DNA of 64,000 nucleotides from NCBI GenBank assembly GCA_021815785.1, contig JAKAZS010000002.1, positions 248-64,247 of the forward strand. Reading direction: 5' to 3'. Of this stretch, positions 18,105-28,229 are shown one piece after another (positions within the stretch are counted from its first letter, which is position 1; every line of letters starts with the position of its first letter). Both the position numbers and the translations under genes were made by a program. This stretch comes from a bacterium (GTDB lineage: Bacteria > Cyanobacteriota > Vampirovibrionia > Obscuribacterales > JAKAZS01). The notes under the pieces are model-generated. The model was not told the DNA's origin. It saw nothing but the letters and a program-made list of their open reading frames with translations, and searched no databases.

Positions 18105-20240
18105 TTATTTATCTAGCAATTTTTTGGCTAATTTTGACCAAGGATAAAAGAAAATTATCGTATTCAAGATTAATTTTTCAAAAGCTTTATCATTTTTAAT
18201 TTGGGCAATTTTAAATAAAAACCAAAGCGCTTGCCAGTTAGATGGATCAATAAACAAGGCTTTGTTTAGATTTTCTCTAGCTTCAACAATCTTATTTAAT
18301 TTTATTTCACATAAACTTGCATTAACTAAGACATTAACATTGTCACAAGATGATTTTAGACTGGCTACGACCAAAGGCAACACATTATCTGACTGACCAT
18401 CATAGGCATAAAGAACAGCTAAATCCGAGTAAATTAGCCCAGTTAAATCTTCATCCTTATAAAATTTTGCCAGGCTCAAAGCTTTCGATAACAAAATATA
18501 ACTAGTTTTATAATGTTCACGACGATTTAAATCATGACCCATTATTCTTCTTAAATTACCTAATCTTTCAATGGCAATAATATTATTATGATTATTTTTG
18601 CCAGCCTTAATTAAAGCTTCCTGATATAAAGATTCACTTAACCGATAATTTCGTTGATAAAGTAACGCTTCATTACCTTGATTAATTAACTTAGCAAATG
18701 GAGACTGACTAGTTTCATTTTTGATTAAACTTATACAATGATTCGTTTGATCTAATACCAATATGTAATCTTTAAGAAATTGATTGCTTAAAATCCCACT
18801 ATATTCATCATTGGCCATTGCTACCGCCGTGTTTTGGCAAGGATAACGAAATCCAACCAAAGGCAATAATAAGTCACCAATACGGACATTTTTAAAATTT
18901 AAAATAGTCATTTGTTTAGGCTGGTTATTTAAATCTAAGGCCAAAATTTTACTAGAATATATATTTGTCACATCAGCCAAAGGCGCAATTGTATATTTCA
19001 GATAATTAAATTTTGCTCCTGTATCAAGCAAAAGCTTCATTGTAGTTGAACTATTCTTAACTGGCAGATTTGCTTCAATAATCGGCAAAGTATTTGACCA
19101 AGGCCAAACATTAACTGTAGTATTTGGGTTGTCCAGATTAAATGAAATTGTTTGCTTGCTATAATCAATAGCTATACGAGCATTGGTAAAAATATCCAAA
19201 CCAAAAACGATGTTTACATCATTAGATTTTATTAAATTGTCTAAATTAGCTAATTGAAAGGTAAAATTAGCCAAATTCAAATTATCAATTTTAAGCTTAT
19301 CAATCTGGATCTTAGAAATTACAAAATTATTTTGATTTTGATTAGTAATTTTCATTAAATTATTAGCGTAAGCAAATTTAGTATCAATAACTGAATTTTT
19401 AAAAGCCGATGAAAAAATAGCTTTAACCTTAGTATTATTACCCAACTCACAGTCAATAATAATTTCATTATCCCTAAACTTAAATGGGACAATAAGTGAT
19501 TCTGGTTTGAGTAAACCATCATTACTAATTATTTTATAATCAATTTGATAATCTTTATTTCTAGATATTGCTTCATAGGGAAAATATATTTGCCCATTTT
19601 TTTTATAATCGGACAATTCAACTACATTAGTTTCACTACCAGATTCGGAAAAAATAATTTCTTCAACTAAATAATTTTGTTGATTTACAATTAAAGTAAC
19701 ATTATCATTATTATTTACTTGTTCTTTAATTAAAAATACCGGTTGATTATTATGCTTTGAATCACCTAAATATAATAAATTAGCTTTATTATTAACTACT
19801 GTGCTAAGGATAAATTGAGCCTTAATTAAATAAGCTAATTTAGCAAATATTGCATTAGCTATTACGTTATCTTTAGATAAATTAGAAAAAAGCCCATTCT
19901 TATATTCAAGAATTTTAGGTAAATCATTAAATTCCGGATATTGCTTATCGGCAGAAACGTTAACTTGAAAATTATTTTGACTTATTTTAAAGTCCAACTT
20001 AAATAAAAAAAGTTTATCTTGATAACTAATTTGCATATTTCCGGATTGACTATATTCATTAGCCATTAAGGAAGTCAGCTTGCTATAGTTTCCCCAAAGG
20101 CCATTAAAAATTTGTAAAGTCAAATCAGCAGAATTGCTTTCATTATTACTTGTAACTAAAGTATCACTAAAACCACAATTAACAAAATTGACATAACAAA
20201 TTAGGCTAATAAAAGCGATTAATTTATTTACTAATTTCAT
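18105..20240 (-). CDS. Secreted retropepsin-like aspartyl protease domain + C-terminal TPR protein
   Basis: ORF 18105..20303. I moved the start to Met22 (20240, 'MKLVNKLIAFISLICYVNFVNC' signal). Internal aspartic-protease signature 'MKLLLDTGAKFNYL'. The C-terminal ~180 aa are TPR-like. Confidence 0.55.
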   Translation of the reverse strand: MKLVNKLIAFISLICYVNFVNCGFSDTLVTSNNESNSADLTLQIFNGLWGNYSKLTSLMANEYSQSGNMQISYQDKLFLFKLDFKISQNNFQVNVSADKQYPEFNDLPKILEYKNGLFSNLSKDNVIANAIFAKLAYLIKAQFILSTVVNNKANLLYLGDSKHNNQPVFLIKEQVNNNDNVTLIVNQQNYLVEEIIFSESGSETNVVELSDYKKNGQIYFPYEAISRNKDYQIDYKIISNDGLLKPESLIVPFKFRDNEIIIDCELGNNTKVKAIFSSAFKNSVIDTKFAYANNLMKITNQNQNNFVISKIQIDKLKIDNLNLANFTFQLANLDNLIKSNDVNIVFGLDIFTNARIAIDYSKQTISFNLDNPNTTVNVWPWSNTLPIIEANLPVKNSSTTMKLLLDTGAKFNYLKYTIAPLADVTNIYSSKILALDLNNQPKQMTILNFKNVRIGDLLLPLVGFRYPCQNTAVAMANDEYSGILSNQFLKDYILVLDQTNHCISLIKNETSQSPFAKLINQGNEALLYQRNYRLSESLYQEALIKAGKNNHNNIIAIERLGNLRRIMGHDLNRREHYKTSYILLSKALSLAKFYKDEDLTGLIYSDLAVLYAYDGQSDNVLPLVVASLKSSCDNVNVLVNASLCEIKLNKIVEARENLNKALFIDPSNWQALWFLFKIAQIKNDKAFEKLILNTIIFFYPWSKLAKKLLDK

Positions 20241-21060
20241 AATTTGGTATTTTGATTTCGGACAAGTTTTTTTGCAAATTATAAACTTTAACCAATTGTT
20301 CAATTAAATCAGTAACATAACTAATCGGGATTTGTGTAGCCGAATCACTTAAAGCCTTATCAGGATCCTCATGCACTTCCATAAAAATGCCATCACAGCC
20401 TGAAATAATTGCGGCCTTAGCTAAAGTTGGGATGTATTCTCTTTTCCCACCAGTTTGATTACCATTTGTTCCGGGCATTTGCAAACTATGGGTAGCATCA
20501 TAGATAACCGGAACACCAAATTCTTTCATAATTGGTATCGAACGAAAATCGACCACTAGATTATTATAGCCAAAACAGCTGCCACGCTCAGTTACCATAA
20601 TATTTCTATTACCAGCATCGTAAGCTTTTTTAATTGAATGCTTAATTTCCTGTGGCGACAAAAACTGTCCTTTTTTAATATTAATTGCCTTAGCAACTTT
20701 ACTAGCCTCATAAATCAAATCAGTTTGACGACATAAAAAAGCCGGTATCTGTAAAACATCGACAACTTTAGCAGCCGGTTCACATTCACTGGTTTCATGA
20801 ACATCAGTTAAAGTTTTAAGGTTTAGCGTTTTTTTTAACTCACTCATCATGTTTAAGCCTTTTTTAATACCAGGTCCGCGATATGAATCAATCGAAGTAC
20901 GGTTAGCTTTATCAAAAGAGCATTTAAAAGTAAAATCAAGATCATAACGCTTACTGATATCACTTAAAAATTTAGCCGTATTATACATTAACTCATAGGA
21001 TTCCATAACACAGGGTCCAGCTATCAATATCATTTTTGGCGGTGCCGTAGGATTATTCAT
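20224..21060 (-). CDS. kdsA: 3-deoxy-8-phosphooctulonate (KDO-8-P) synthase
   Basis: 'FKCSFDKANRTS', 'LQIPAFLCRQTDL', 'NIKKGQF' and 'VTERGSCFGYNNLVVDFR' are hallmark KdsA motifs. Confidence 0.9.
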   Translation of the reverse strand: MNNPTAPPKMILIAGPCVMESYELMYNTAKFLSDISKRYDLDFTFKCSFDKANRTSIDSYRGPGIKKGLNMMSELKKTLNLKTLTDVHETSECEPAAKVVDVLQIPAFLCRQTDLIYEASKVAKAINIKKGQFLSPQEIKHSIKKAYDAGNRNIMVTERGSCFGYNNLVVDFRSIPIMKEFGVPVIYDATHSLQMPGTNGNQTGGKREYIPTLAKAAIISGCDGIFMEVHEDPDKALSDSATQIPISYVTDLIEQLVKVYNLQKNLSEIKIPNYEISK

Positions 21061-21250
21061 GAAAGACTTAAAAACTCCTTAAAAACTGATTGTTTGATTT
21101 TGATAAAATTCTCAATAAATAAATTGTGATATACCTGTAATATGGTCAATTAACATTTTGGTACAAAAATTACTAATTAAAAATTAATACTAACAAAACG
21201 CTAAAAATTATACAAGAATATCTCAATTCAGAATAGGACTTGTCAATATT

Positions 21251-21505
21251 TTAATATCGGGAATTTAGATATTTAACTAGTTTATAAACGGTATAGCCAG
21301 CCCTTTGACTAACAGGCATCACTAACCCTTCTTTTATAGATAATGTCAATGGGCCTCGTAACGCTTTAATTTTTTTTATCTGTCTTGATCCACCAGCCAT
21401 TTCTGGTAAAGTTAAACCTAATGGATATTTTTCTAGCAATTTAACCACTTTGTTGTCAGGGGTTTTAATCGGCTCGGCTTTACTCTTATTATTACTAGAT
21501 TCCAT
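21251..21505 (-). CDS. Small hypothetical protein (84 aa)
   Basis: Isolated ORF flanked by AT-rich intergenic DNA. No motif recognised, and a winged-helix-like call would be speculation only. Confidence 0.35.
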   Translation of the reverse strand: MESSNNKSKAEPIKTPDNKVVKLLEKYPLGLTLPEMAGGSRQIKKIKALRGPLTLSIKEGLVMPVSQRAGYTVYKLVKYLNSRY

Positions 21506-21688
21506 AAAAATAAATATTTAAACAATGAAAGGAAATTGAAAATTAAGTTACAGTTTTTCATAATATATAGATTATAACCTAGAAGTTGTTTATATTATAG
21601 AAATTAAAAAAGTGGAAACCTTGGAAATTTAACAAATTTAGTTAAATTTACCGTACCTTAAAATTACTGTTTTAAAGCTGGACAAAAA

Positions 21689-23323
21689 ATGAGTGTTGGT
21701 TCTTTTGTATTTATGTTACACAGTCATTTACCTTATTACCGCAAAGCAGGTATGTGGCCATTTGGTGAAGAAAGTTTATATGAGTGCATGGCCGAAACTT
21801 ACATTCCACTTCTTGATGCAATCGATGAGTTATGGCAGGAAGGAATACCAGCCAAGCTTACCATTGGTATCACACCAATATTAGCTGAACAGTTAGCTGA
21901 TGAACACTTGATTAAAGGCTTTGAAACATACGTAAATGGACGAATTACTCAATCGACAATCGATGAAAAACGTTTTAGCGTTATGGGCGAAGAACCTCAC
22001 CCAAAACTACACCATCTGGCTAAGTTTTATCTTAATTGGTGGACTAAAATCAAAGACAATTTTGAAAATAAATGGCAAAAAAATATCTTGGCTGGATTTA
22101 AAAAATTCCAGGATTTAAATGCTATAGAAATCACCACATCAGCTGCTACTCATTGCTTCTCACCGTTAATTGGCCGCGATGAATCCTTAAAAGCGCAATA
22201 TCAAACTGGTGTTGAAGCCTATAAAGAACATTTTGGCACAAGCCCTAAAGGTGCCTGGTTACCTGAATGTGCCTATCGTCCAGCCCAAAATGGCAGGCCT
22301 AGCATTGATAAATGGCTTCATGAGTTTGGCTTAAATTATTTCTTTACTGAATCAACGGTAATCAAAGGTGGACAATCAGCACAAATGCGTAGAGTATTTG
22401 GACCTTATGGTACGATTGAATACCTGCCAGTAACCAACCAAAAGGCTACAGGTCATGATACCTATGAAGCCTATTGGTTGAATGATTATCCCGTAGCGGT
22501 TATGGGTCGCAACGAAGTTTGTGGATATCAAGTCTGGTCAGCTGATCATGGATATCCTGGTGATGGCGAATATCGTGAATTTCATAAAAAAGATGACAAA
22601 TCAGGTTTACATTACTGGAAACTAACATCTACCAAAACCGACTTAGGCGATAAAGAATATTATAATCCCGAATCAGCTTTATCCAGACTGAGTGAAAACA
22701 GCGATCATTACGTTGGTTTAATCCAGCAAACTTTAACTGATTTCTATAAAACCAATTCAAAACCAGGCCTTATTATGGTTAGTTTTGATACAGAATTGTT
22801 TGGCCACTGGTGGTTTGAAGGAATTAGTTTTATCAAAGATGTCATTCGCAAATTAAAAGCTTATACCGCTGTTAATGTATATACGGCATCTGAATATCTA
22901 AAATTACATCCACCGACTCAAGCTATTACATTACCAGAATCTTCTTGGGGAGCTGGTGGCCATTATCAGGTATGGTCAAATAATGACACACAGTGGATGT
23001 GGCCAATAATTCATGACTGCGAAGATAAAATGCAAGAATTAAGCCAACAGCAAAATTCTAAGACGGATCCTTTAAGTAAAAGAGCTTTTAAACAGCTTTT
23101 ACGTGAATTATTATTAATTCAATCCAGTGATTGGCCTTTTTTAGTCACAACCGGACAAGCGAAACAGTATGCAATTGAACGATTTAACGATCACTGTGAC
23201 CGATTTAATAAAATTGCCAAAATGATAACGGATAATAATATCAATGAGGAAAAGCTTTTCCAAATAGAAAATATTGACAATTGCTTTCCCCATATTAAAG
23301 CAGAATATTTTAGCTTGGCCTAA
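21689..23323 (+). CDS. Glycoside hydrolase family 57 protein (1,4-alpha-glucan branching enzyme type)
   Basis: N-terminal 'FVFMLHSHLPYYRKAGMWPFGEE...YIPLLD', 'WLPECAY' and 'DTELFGHWWFEG' are GH57 signatures. The C-terminus is DUF1957-like. Confidence 0.85.
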   Translation: MSVGSFVFMLHSHLPYYRKAGMWPFGEESLYECMAETYIPLLDAIDELWQEGIPAKLTIGITPILAEQLADEHLIKGFETYVNGRITQSTIDEKRFSVMGEEPHPKLHHLAKFYLNWWTKIKDNFENKWQKNILAGFKKFQDLNAIEITTSAATHCFSPLIGRDESLKAQYQTGVEAYKEHFGTSPKGAWLPECAYRPAQNGRPSIDKWLHEFGLNYFFTESTVIKGGQSAQMRRVFGPYGTIEYLPVTNQKATGHDTYEAYWLNDYPVAVMGRNEVCGYQVWSADHGYPGDGEYREFHKKDDKSGLHYWKLTSTKTDLGDKEYYNPESALSRLSENSDHYVGLIQQTLTDFYKTNSKPGLIMVSFDTELFGHWWFEGISFIKDVIRKLKAYTAVNVYTASEYLKLHPPTQAITLPESSWGAGGHYQVWSNNDTQWMWPIIHDCEDKMQELSQQQNSKTDPLSKRAFKQLLRELLLIQSSDWPFLVTTGQAKQYAIERFNDHCDRFNKIAKMITDNNINEEKLFQIENIDNCFPHIKAEYFSLA

Positions 23324-23442
23324 ACCAAAATTATATCGATGTTGTTAAAACATTAGTTCAAATGAACTGGCTATTCTAGCTTAACCTGAACCAGTATTTT
23401 GCTGATTTCAAGGCATCATTAAACAAAGTAAAGCAAAATTGG

Positions 23443-24156
23443 CTATCTTACTTTAGCCTGAACCAAAATTTTAACCGAGTTGTCAACCGCACAGCTTTCT
23501 TGAGGAATTAAAGCAGCCTTAATATTTCTTCGGGCTAATTTGGCATGTTCATTATATATTTTATATATTCTCGTGCGAAGCGAATATAAGGTTTTCGGTA
23601 ATTCCATTTTAACACCTTGACGAACAATCCAAGGTGGCACAGGTATTCCAGGTTCTAAATACATCGAAAAAGTAACTAAAGAAAATTTACCATTATTTAC
23701 GGGTTCAATATTCCAAAATCCTTCAAAATCTTTAATAGTGCCACTTAAGCTTTTGAAAGCCACTGATTTAAGCGGGGTATATTTTGATTCAACGACATAA
23801 TATATTTTGGGTAAAATAAAACAATACTCCAACATACATTTTAATATAGATTTTGAATTACAATCCAACTCAACTTCCACGTCTTTTAAATGCTCATTAA
23901 TTCGGTCTTTATATTCAAATGGATTAACCACAATCGGCCAAATTAATTTTGGCGGTTCATTTATCATAATACTGCCGGTAACAAATTTTTTACTGCCATA
24001 TTCAACTAGACTTACCGTTACATCATTGTCATATTGTTGCGTTAATGTGTTTTCATTAGTTTTAAGATCCGCACAAAATAATTTATTATTAATGCTGATA
24101 AAAAATATTATTACTAGTAATATTCCTAACTTTAAGCAGGAAAAAATTGGTTTCAT
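23443..24156 (-). CDS. Secreted SRPBCC/START-like protein
   Basis: Signal-like N-terminus. The 'GFWNIEPVNNGKFSLVTFSMYLEPGIPVPPWIV' pattern resembles polyketide-cyclase/SRPBCC folds. This is a weak call. Confidence 0.4.
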   Translation of the reverse strand: MKPIFSCLKLGILLVIIFFISINNKLFCADLKTNENTLTQQYDNDVTVSLVEYGSKKFVTGSIMINEPPKLIWPIVVNPFEYKDRINEHLKDVEVELDCNSKSILKCMLEYCFILPKIYYVVESKYTPLKSVAFKSLSGTIKDFEGFWNIEPVNNGKFSLVTFSMYLEPGIPVPPWIVRQGVKMELPKTLYSLRTRIYKIYNEHAKLARRNIKAALIPQESCAVDNSVKILVQAKVR

Positions 24157-24294
24157 GGCGAACCTTCTGTATTTTAATAATGTAGAAACAACTCATTTAA
24201 TTCTGCTTCTACTTTAATAATACTTTACAACCCGACAACTGTCTAGTAGTCAATGATATAAAATAATATAATTATTTCCTCTGTAAAATAAACT

Positions 24295-25740
24295 ATGACT
24301 AGAACAAAAATTATTGCAACCATTGGTCCAGCCTGTCAGGATCCAAAAGTCCTCGAAAAAATGATTAATGCCGGCATGGATATAGTTAGAATTAACTGTT
24401 CGCATGCCAGCCATGATAATATCGCCTCAATCATTAATGATGTAAGAACTTTAAGCCAAAAATTTGAAAATCCCATAGGCATTCTTTTAGACTTATCCGG
24501 TCCTAAAATTCGCACCGGTAAGCTTAAAGATAATCTAAGTGTTGAACTTATGACTAAAGCTGAATTTACTCTAACCGCACAAGCAATTGAAGGCGACCAG
24601 TCAATAGTTAGTACCAATTATCCTAAACTGGCCAATGAAGTTAAAGTAAATGATAAAATTCTTCTTGACGATGGTTTAATTGAATTAAAAGTCAAAGAAA
24701 TTAAAGACGATAATGTAATTTGTGAAATTATCACCGGTGGCATATTGAAAAACCACCAAGGCATCAATTTGCCAGGGGTAAAGTTATCAATTCCGGCTTT
24801 AACGGATAAAGATATAGCTGACTTAACCTTTGCCTTAAATTTTGAAATTGATTTTGTCGCTTTATCTTTTGTGCGTGATGCTAGCGATATCGTCCACTTA
24901 AAAAATATTATTGGCAACCATTATCCTCCGGTTATGGTTATCGCCAAATTAGAAAAGCCTGAAGCTATTGAATGCCTTGATGAAATCATGGATGTAGCGG
25001 ATGGCGTTATGGTCGCCCGTGGCGATTTAGGTGTTGAATTGCCACCAGAAAAAGTGCCGCCTGTGCAAAAACTTATTATTCAAAAAGCTAACCTTAAAGG
25101 TATTCCGGTAATCACCGCTACCCAAATGCTAGATTCTATGGCGAATAATCCAAGACCTACCCGTGCCGAAGCTAGTGACGTAGCTAATGCAATTTTTGAT
25201 GGCACTGACGCGGTCATGCTTTCCGAAGAAACCGCTACCGGTCATTATCCAGTTGAAGCCGTAGCTATTATGGATAGAATTGCCTTTGAAGCAGAGTCTT
25301 CAATTAATTTCAACCAATTACACTTACACGAATTACCGACCCAGGCTCATGCAATTGCTCATGCTGCCTGTAATATGGCCGTCGACATGAAAGTTAAATT
25401 AATTGCTACTTTTACTAAAACTGGTTCAACAGCCAGGTTAATTTCAAAATTCCGACCGCCTAATACCATAATTGCCTTAACTCAGCATTTACATGTATTT
25501 CGTCAATTGTCAATTTTCTGGGGGGTTAACCCCATTATGCTAACTGAAGTATCTGATACTGAAGCCACTTTAGCCTTAGTTGAAAGTACTTTACAAAAGA
25601 AAGGCTTAGTAAATCCTGGTGATGATATTGTTATTACGGGCGGTTTGCCCATAGCGGCTCGCGGTCCAGCTAATTTTGTAAAAATTGCCACCATTACTGA
25701 TCGACCAAAACGGTCATTTGTGGAATTTAAAGGCATTTAA
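24295..25740 (+). CDS. pyk: Pyruvate kinase
   Basis: 'TKIIATIGPA', 'MDIVRINCSH', 'DLSGPKIRTG', 'MVARGDLGVE' and 'ATQMLDSM'. Confidence 0.95.
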   Translation: MTRTKIIATIGPACQDPKVLEKMINAGMDIVRINCSHASHDNIASIINDVRTLSQKFENPIGILLDLSGPKIRTGKLKDNLSVELMTKAEFTLTAQAIEGDQSIVSTNYPKLANEVKVNDKILLDDGLIELKVKEIKDDNVICEIITGGILKNHQGINLPGVKLSIPALTDKDIADLTFALNFEIDFVALSFVRDASDIVHLKNIIGNHYPPVMVIAKLEKPEAIECLDEIMDVADGVMVARGDLGVELPPEKVPPVQKLIIQKANLKGIPVITATQMLDSMANNPRPTRAEASDVANAIFDGTDAVMLSEETATGHYPVEAVAIMDRIAFEAESSINFNQLHLHELPTQAHAIAHAACNMAVDMKVKLIATFTKTGSTARLISKFRPPNTIIALTQHLHVFRQLSIFWGVNPIMLTEVSDTEATLALVESTLQKKGLVNPGDDIVITGGLPIAARGPANFVKIATITDRPKRSFVEFKGI

Positions 25741-25745
25741 ATTTA

Positions 25746-26384
25746 TTAATTTATTTGCCCTGGTTCAAGTCCTGGTTCAAGCCCTGGTTCAAGCCCTGGT
25801 TCAAGCCCTGGTTCAATTTCATCTAAATTATCTCCAGGTTTTAACTTTCCTACTACCGCTAACCCGGTTTTAACTTCACCAATGCAACTATCCATGCCAT
25901 ACCAAGCTCGCAACCAGACCAAAGCCGAACTTGAATTGTCCGATATCGACAAATTAAGCTTTCTTATTTTTTGATAGGGTTCAAGACATTTATCATCATA
26001 ATCGTAGCTTTTGTTATTGCTTTCAACCCCTAAAACTTGCTTAAATGGCCCCATCCACTGGTCATAATAATTGGGATTTTTTTGTCTTGCGATATTACGA
26101 CTAAAACCACAAGGTCCTTTTATAAAGCTTTTTACAAACGGCTTATCATTAAAAGCATTATGGATAATTAAAGCCATTAATATGCTGACATTCTTCTTAT
26201 CTTTAACCGTAAAGGTAAAACTGCCTTTACTAGTTTTAACGCAAAATGTTGCAAACTTACTAGGCTTACCTTGATCTTCAGGTTGAGCTAACACCGCTGA
26301 ATCATTATCAACATCTTTAGCATAGACCATTGCAGTAAACAGATTGCCAAATAATAACAAAGCTAGAGCTAAAAATAACTTCAT
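25746..26384 (-). CDS. Hypothetical secreted protein with C-terminal (LEPG)n tail
   Basis: Signal peptide 'MKLFLALALLLFGNLFTAMVYA'. The body has faint cyclophilin-like features, on which I make no call. The C-terminus is 'EPGLEPGLEPGLEPGLEPGQIN'. Confidence 0.5.
   Translation of the reverse strand: MKLFLALALLLFGNLFTAMVYAKDVDNDSAVLAQPEDQGKPSKFATFCVKTSKGSFTFTVKDKKNVSILMALIIHNAFNDKPFVKSFIKGPCGFSRNIARQKNPNYYDQWMGPFKQVLGVESNNKSYDYDDKCLEPYQKIRKLNLSISDNSSSALVWLRAWYGMDSCIGEVKTGLAVVGKLKPGDNLDEIEPGLEPGLEPGLEPGLEPGQIN
25759..25816. repeat. 12-bp tandem repeat, ~4.8 copies (cctggttcaag[c/t])
   Basis: Read directly. It is in frame within the 3' end of CDS 25746..26384 and encodes (LEPG)5. Confidence 0.9.
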
Positions 26385-26646
26385 AAATTCTCCAATTTAA
26401 AATTAATTGTCTAGATTCTAGCAAAATTCTTCTTTATTTCAAATTAAGTTTAATAACTCCAGCATTTTTTAACTCCTTAACAGCTATCAAATATGGCCAG
26501 ATATGACTATGGATAGTTCTTCAAATTTAATTGGTGAATTTGGTCGAAAAGTTCTTAAATTCAAATAAATCTTTAAAAAATAATTAATGATTAAGTAATA
26601 ATAAGTATCTGCTAATAATGCTAAAATTATCAACTGGAGATCTATT

Positions 26647-28059
26647 TTGCGACAATTTTTTCTGGTTTTAATTTGCTTTTTAATTTTTCAGCCACAACAG
26701 TTATTAGCTAAAGCAGAAAATAAAACTTTAACACCACTCAATATCGTCAATTTAACTCCAGCTAATGACAAAATCGAATCTGTAACTAAGCAAATTTTAT
26801 TAAAAAGTATTGAACTAGAGAAACTAAACTTATATTTTCGTTTAAATGCAGGAACTCAAGGTCGATGGAAAGGACTGCGCTATTTTTTGTCTCAAGAAAC
26901 AAATTTTGGCTTAACTGAAGCGGGCGTAATTACTGGAGCATATGAACGCCTTAAAAACATCCATGAACCTCATCATCCTAATCGTAGTATTTTAAAGGAA
27001 GCTGCTATCCCGCAAATAATTGGACCAATTATAGCTAGTATTGGATCAGGTGTTGAATTTAGTATAAATGCTTATCACCAATACCAGGCCTATAAACTTA
27101 ATTTATCACCGGGTCTGGCTAAAAAACGTATTTATCAGATTCGTGATGAATTAAATACTCTAATGAAAGAACATCATCAATTAATTGTCCAAGAAGGAAC
27201 AATTGCAAATCTAAAAACTCCTATCAGAATAGCGTTAGCTGAAGAAAATGTATTACGGGATATAATTAACTTATCGATTATTGAATATCATTATTTTCAC
27301 ATGGACACCAGACGACTACTGGCTTTTCAACAATCATTATATTTACTGGATATTGCTAAAAACTCAATAGCAAGTATAGCTAATTATGTATCATATCGCT
27401 CTGAATTACATAATATCAGTGCCTTAAATCAACCCTTAGGTATTTTAACAATAATTTCTGGTAGCTTAATTGTAGCAACCCCAATTATTTCCAGGGTTAT
27501 TGGCAAAATGGCCTATAAATATCATGAAAGCCATCTTGATCTTCCCCGAACCAATGAAATTGATTTTGCCAATATGCTTAAAAAATTAAATTACGATCGC
27601 AAATTACTTATTTCACTTTTAAATGCAGTAAAAGAAGACGAATTATTTTTAGTTAGTAAACCATTATCACGAATGTATTTATATTCAAATCTTAAAGGAA
27701 AATTTAGAACTGAATTAAATGATGTTTTTAAACTTGAACACCGAGGCGTACTTGCTGCTACTGAAACTGTATTTTCAGGAGCCTTTACTGGTAGCACTAA
27801 AGTGACTAATGGCTGTTTGCTGACAGTAGCTGGATCATTTTATAATTCCAAACCTTACGTAACTAATAGCCTGTTAGCTGCCGGAGCTACCACTTATATA
27901 GCCGGAAATTCCTTAGCACTAATTGACAATGCCCGAATCCAAATTGAAAATGAATGGAATTATCAAAAACAAAAAAAACTGAAAATGTTACCTAGGGACC
28001 AAATTTACCGCAGGCTTGATGAATTAGATAAAACCGAAACGCTAATTAAGGCTGATTAA
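26647..28059 (+). CDS. Hypothetical membrane/secreted protein
   Basis: 470 aa, TTG start, signal-like 'FFLVLICFLIFQPQQLLAKA', and several Gly/Ala-rich hydrophobic segments. No family recognised. Confidence 0.5.
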   Translation: MRQFFLVLICFLIFQPQQLLAKAENKTLTPLNIVNLTPANDKIESVTKQILLKSIELEKLNLYFRLNAGTQGRWKGLRYFLSQETNFGLTEAGVITGAYERLKNIHEPHHPNRSILKEAAIPQIIGPIIASIGSGVEFSINAYHQYQAYKLNLSPGLAKKRIYQIRDELNTLMKEHHQLIVQEGTIANLKTPIRIALAEENVLRDIINLSIIEYHYFHMDTRRLLAFQQSLYLLDIAKNSIASIANYVSYRSELHNISALNQPLGILTIISGSLIVATPIISRVIGKMAYKYHESHLDLPRTNEIDFANMLKKLNYDRKLLISLLNAVKEDELFLVSKPLSRMYLYSNLKGKFRTELNDVFKLEHRGVLAATETVFSGAFTGSTKVTNGCLLTVAGSFYNSKPYVTNSLLAAGATTYIAGNSLALIDNARIQIENEWNYQKQKKLKMLPRDQIYRRLDELDKTETLIKAD

Positions 28060-28229
28060 AATTAGGCCAAGCCTAAAATAAAATGAATTTATAATAAAGT
28101 TTTCAATCAATTTTAAATACAACAAACTAGCCTTAGCCACTAATTGAGTTTGGCGAGGATCGAGACTTTAATAGCTAAAATATCAAATAATTTTTCTAAT
28201 ATGCGACCTTCAGTAATTAAATTAGCTTA

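Noticed and set aside
20241-20303. A 21-codon extension of ORF 18105..20303 that overlaps kdsA by 80 nt.
   Set aside because: The internal Met22 gives a canonical signal peptide (MKLVNKLIAFISLICYVNFVNC) and reduces the overlap with kdsA to 17 nt.
25685-25873. A + strand ORF reading 'LVQALVQALVQALVQ'.
   Set aside because: It is an alternative-frame reading of the 12-bp tandem repeat. It overlaps the pyk 3' end and the convergent secreted-protein gene, and nothing supports it as coding.
28062-28076. A small hairpin, ttaggc-caa-gcctaa, between the convergent genes 26647..28059 and sufR, considered as a possible bidirectional terminator.
   Set aside because: It has only a 6-bp stem with a 3-nt loop. 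There is no convincing T-tract on the + strand and only TTTTAAT on the minus strand. That is too weak to call.
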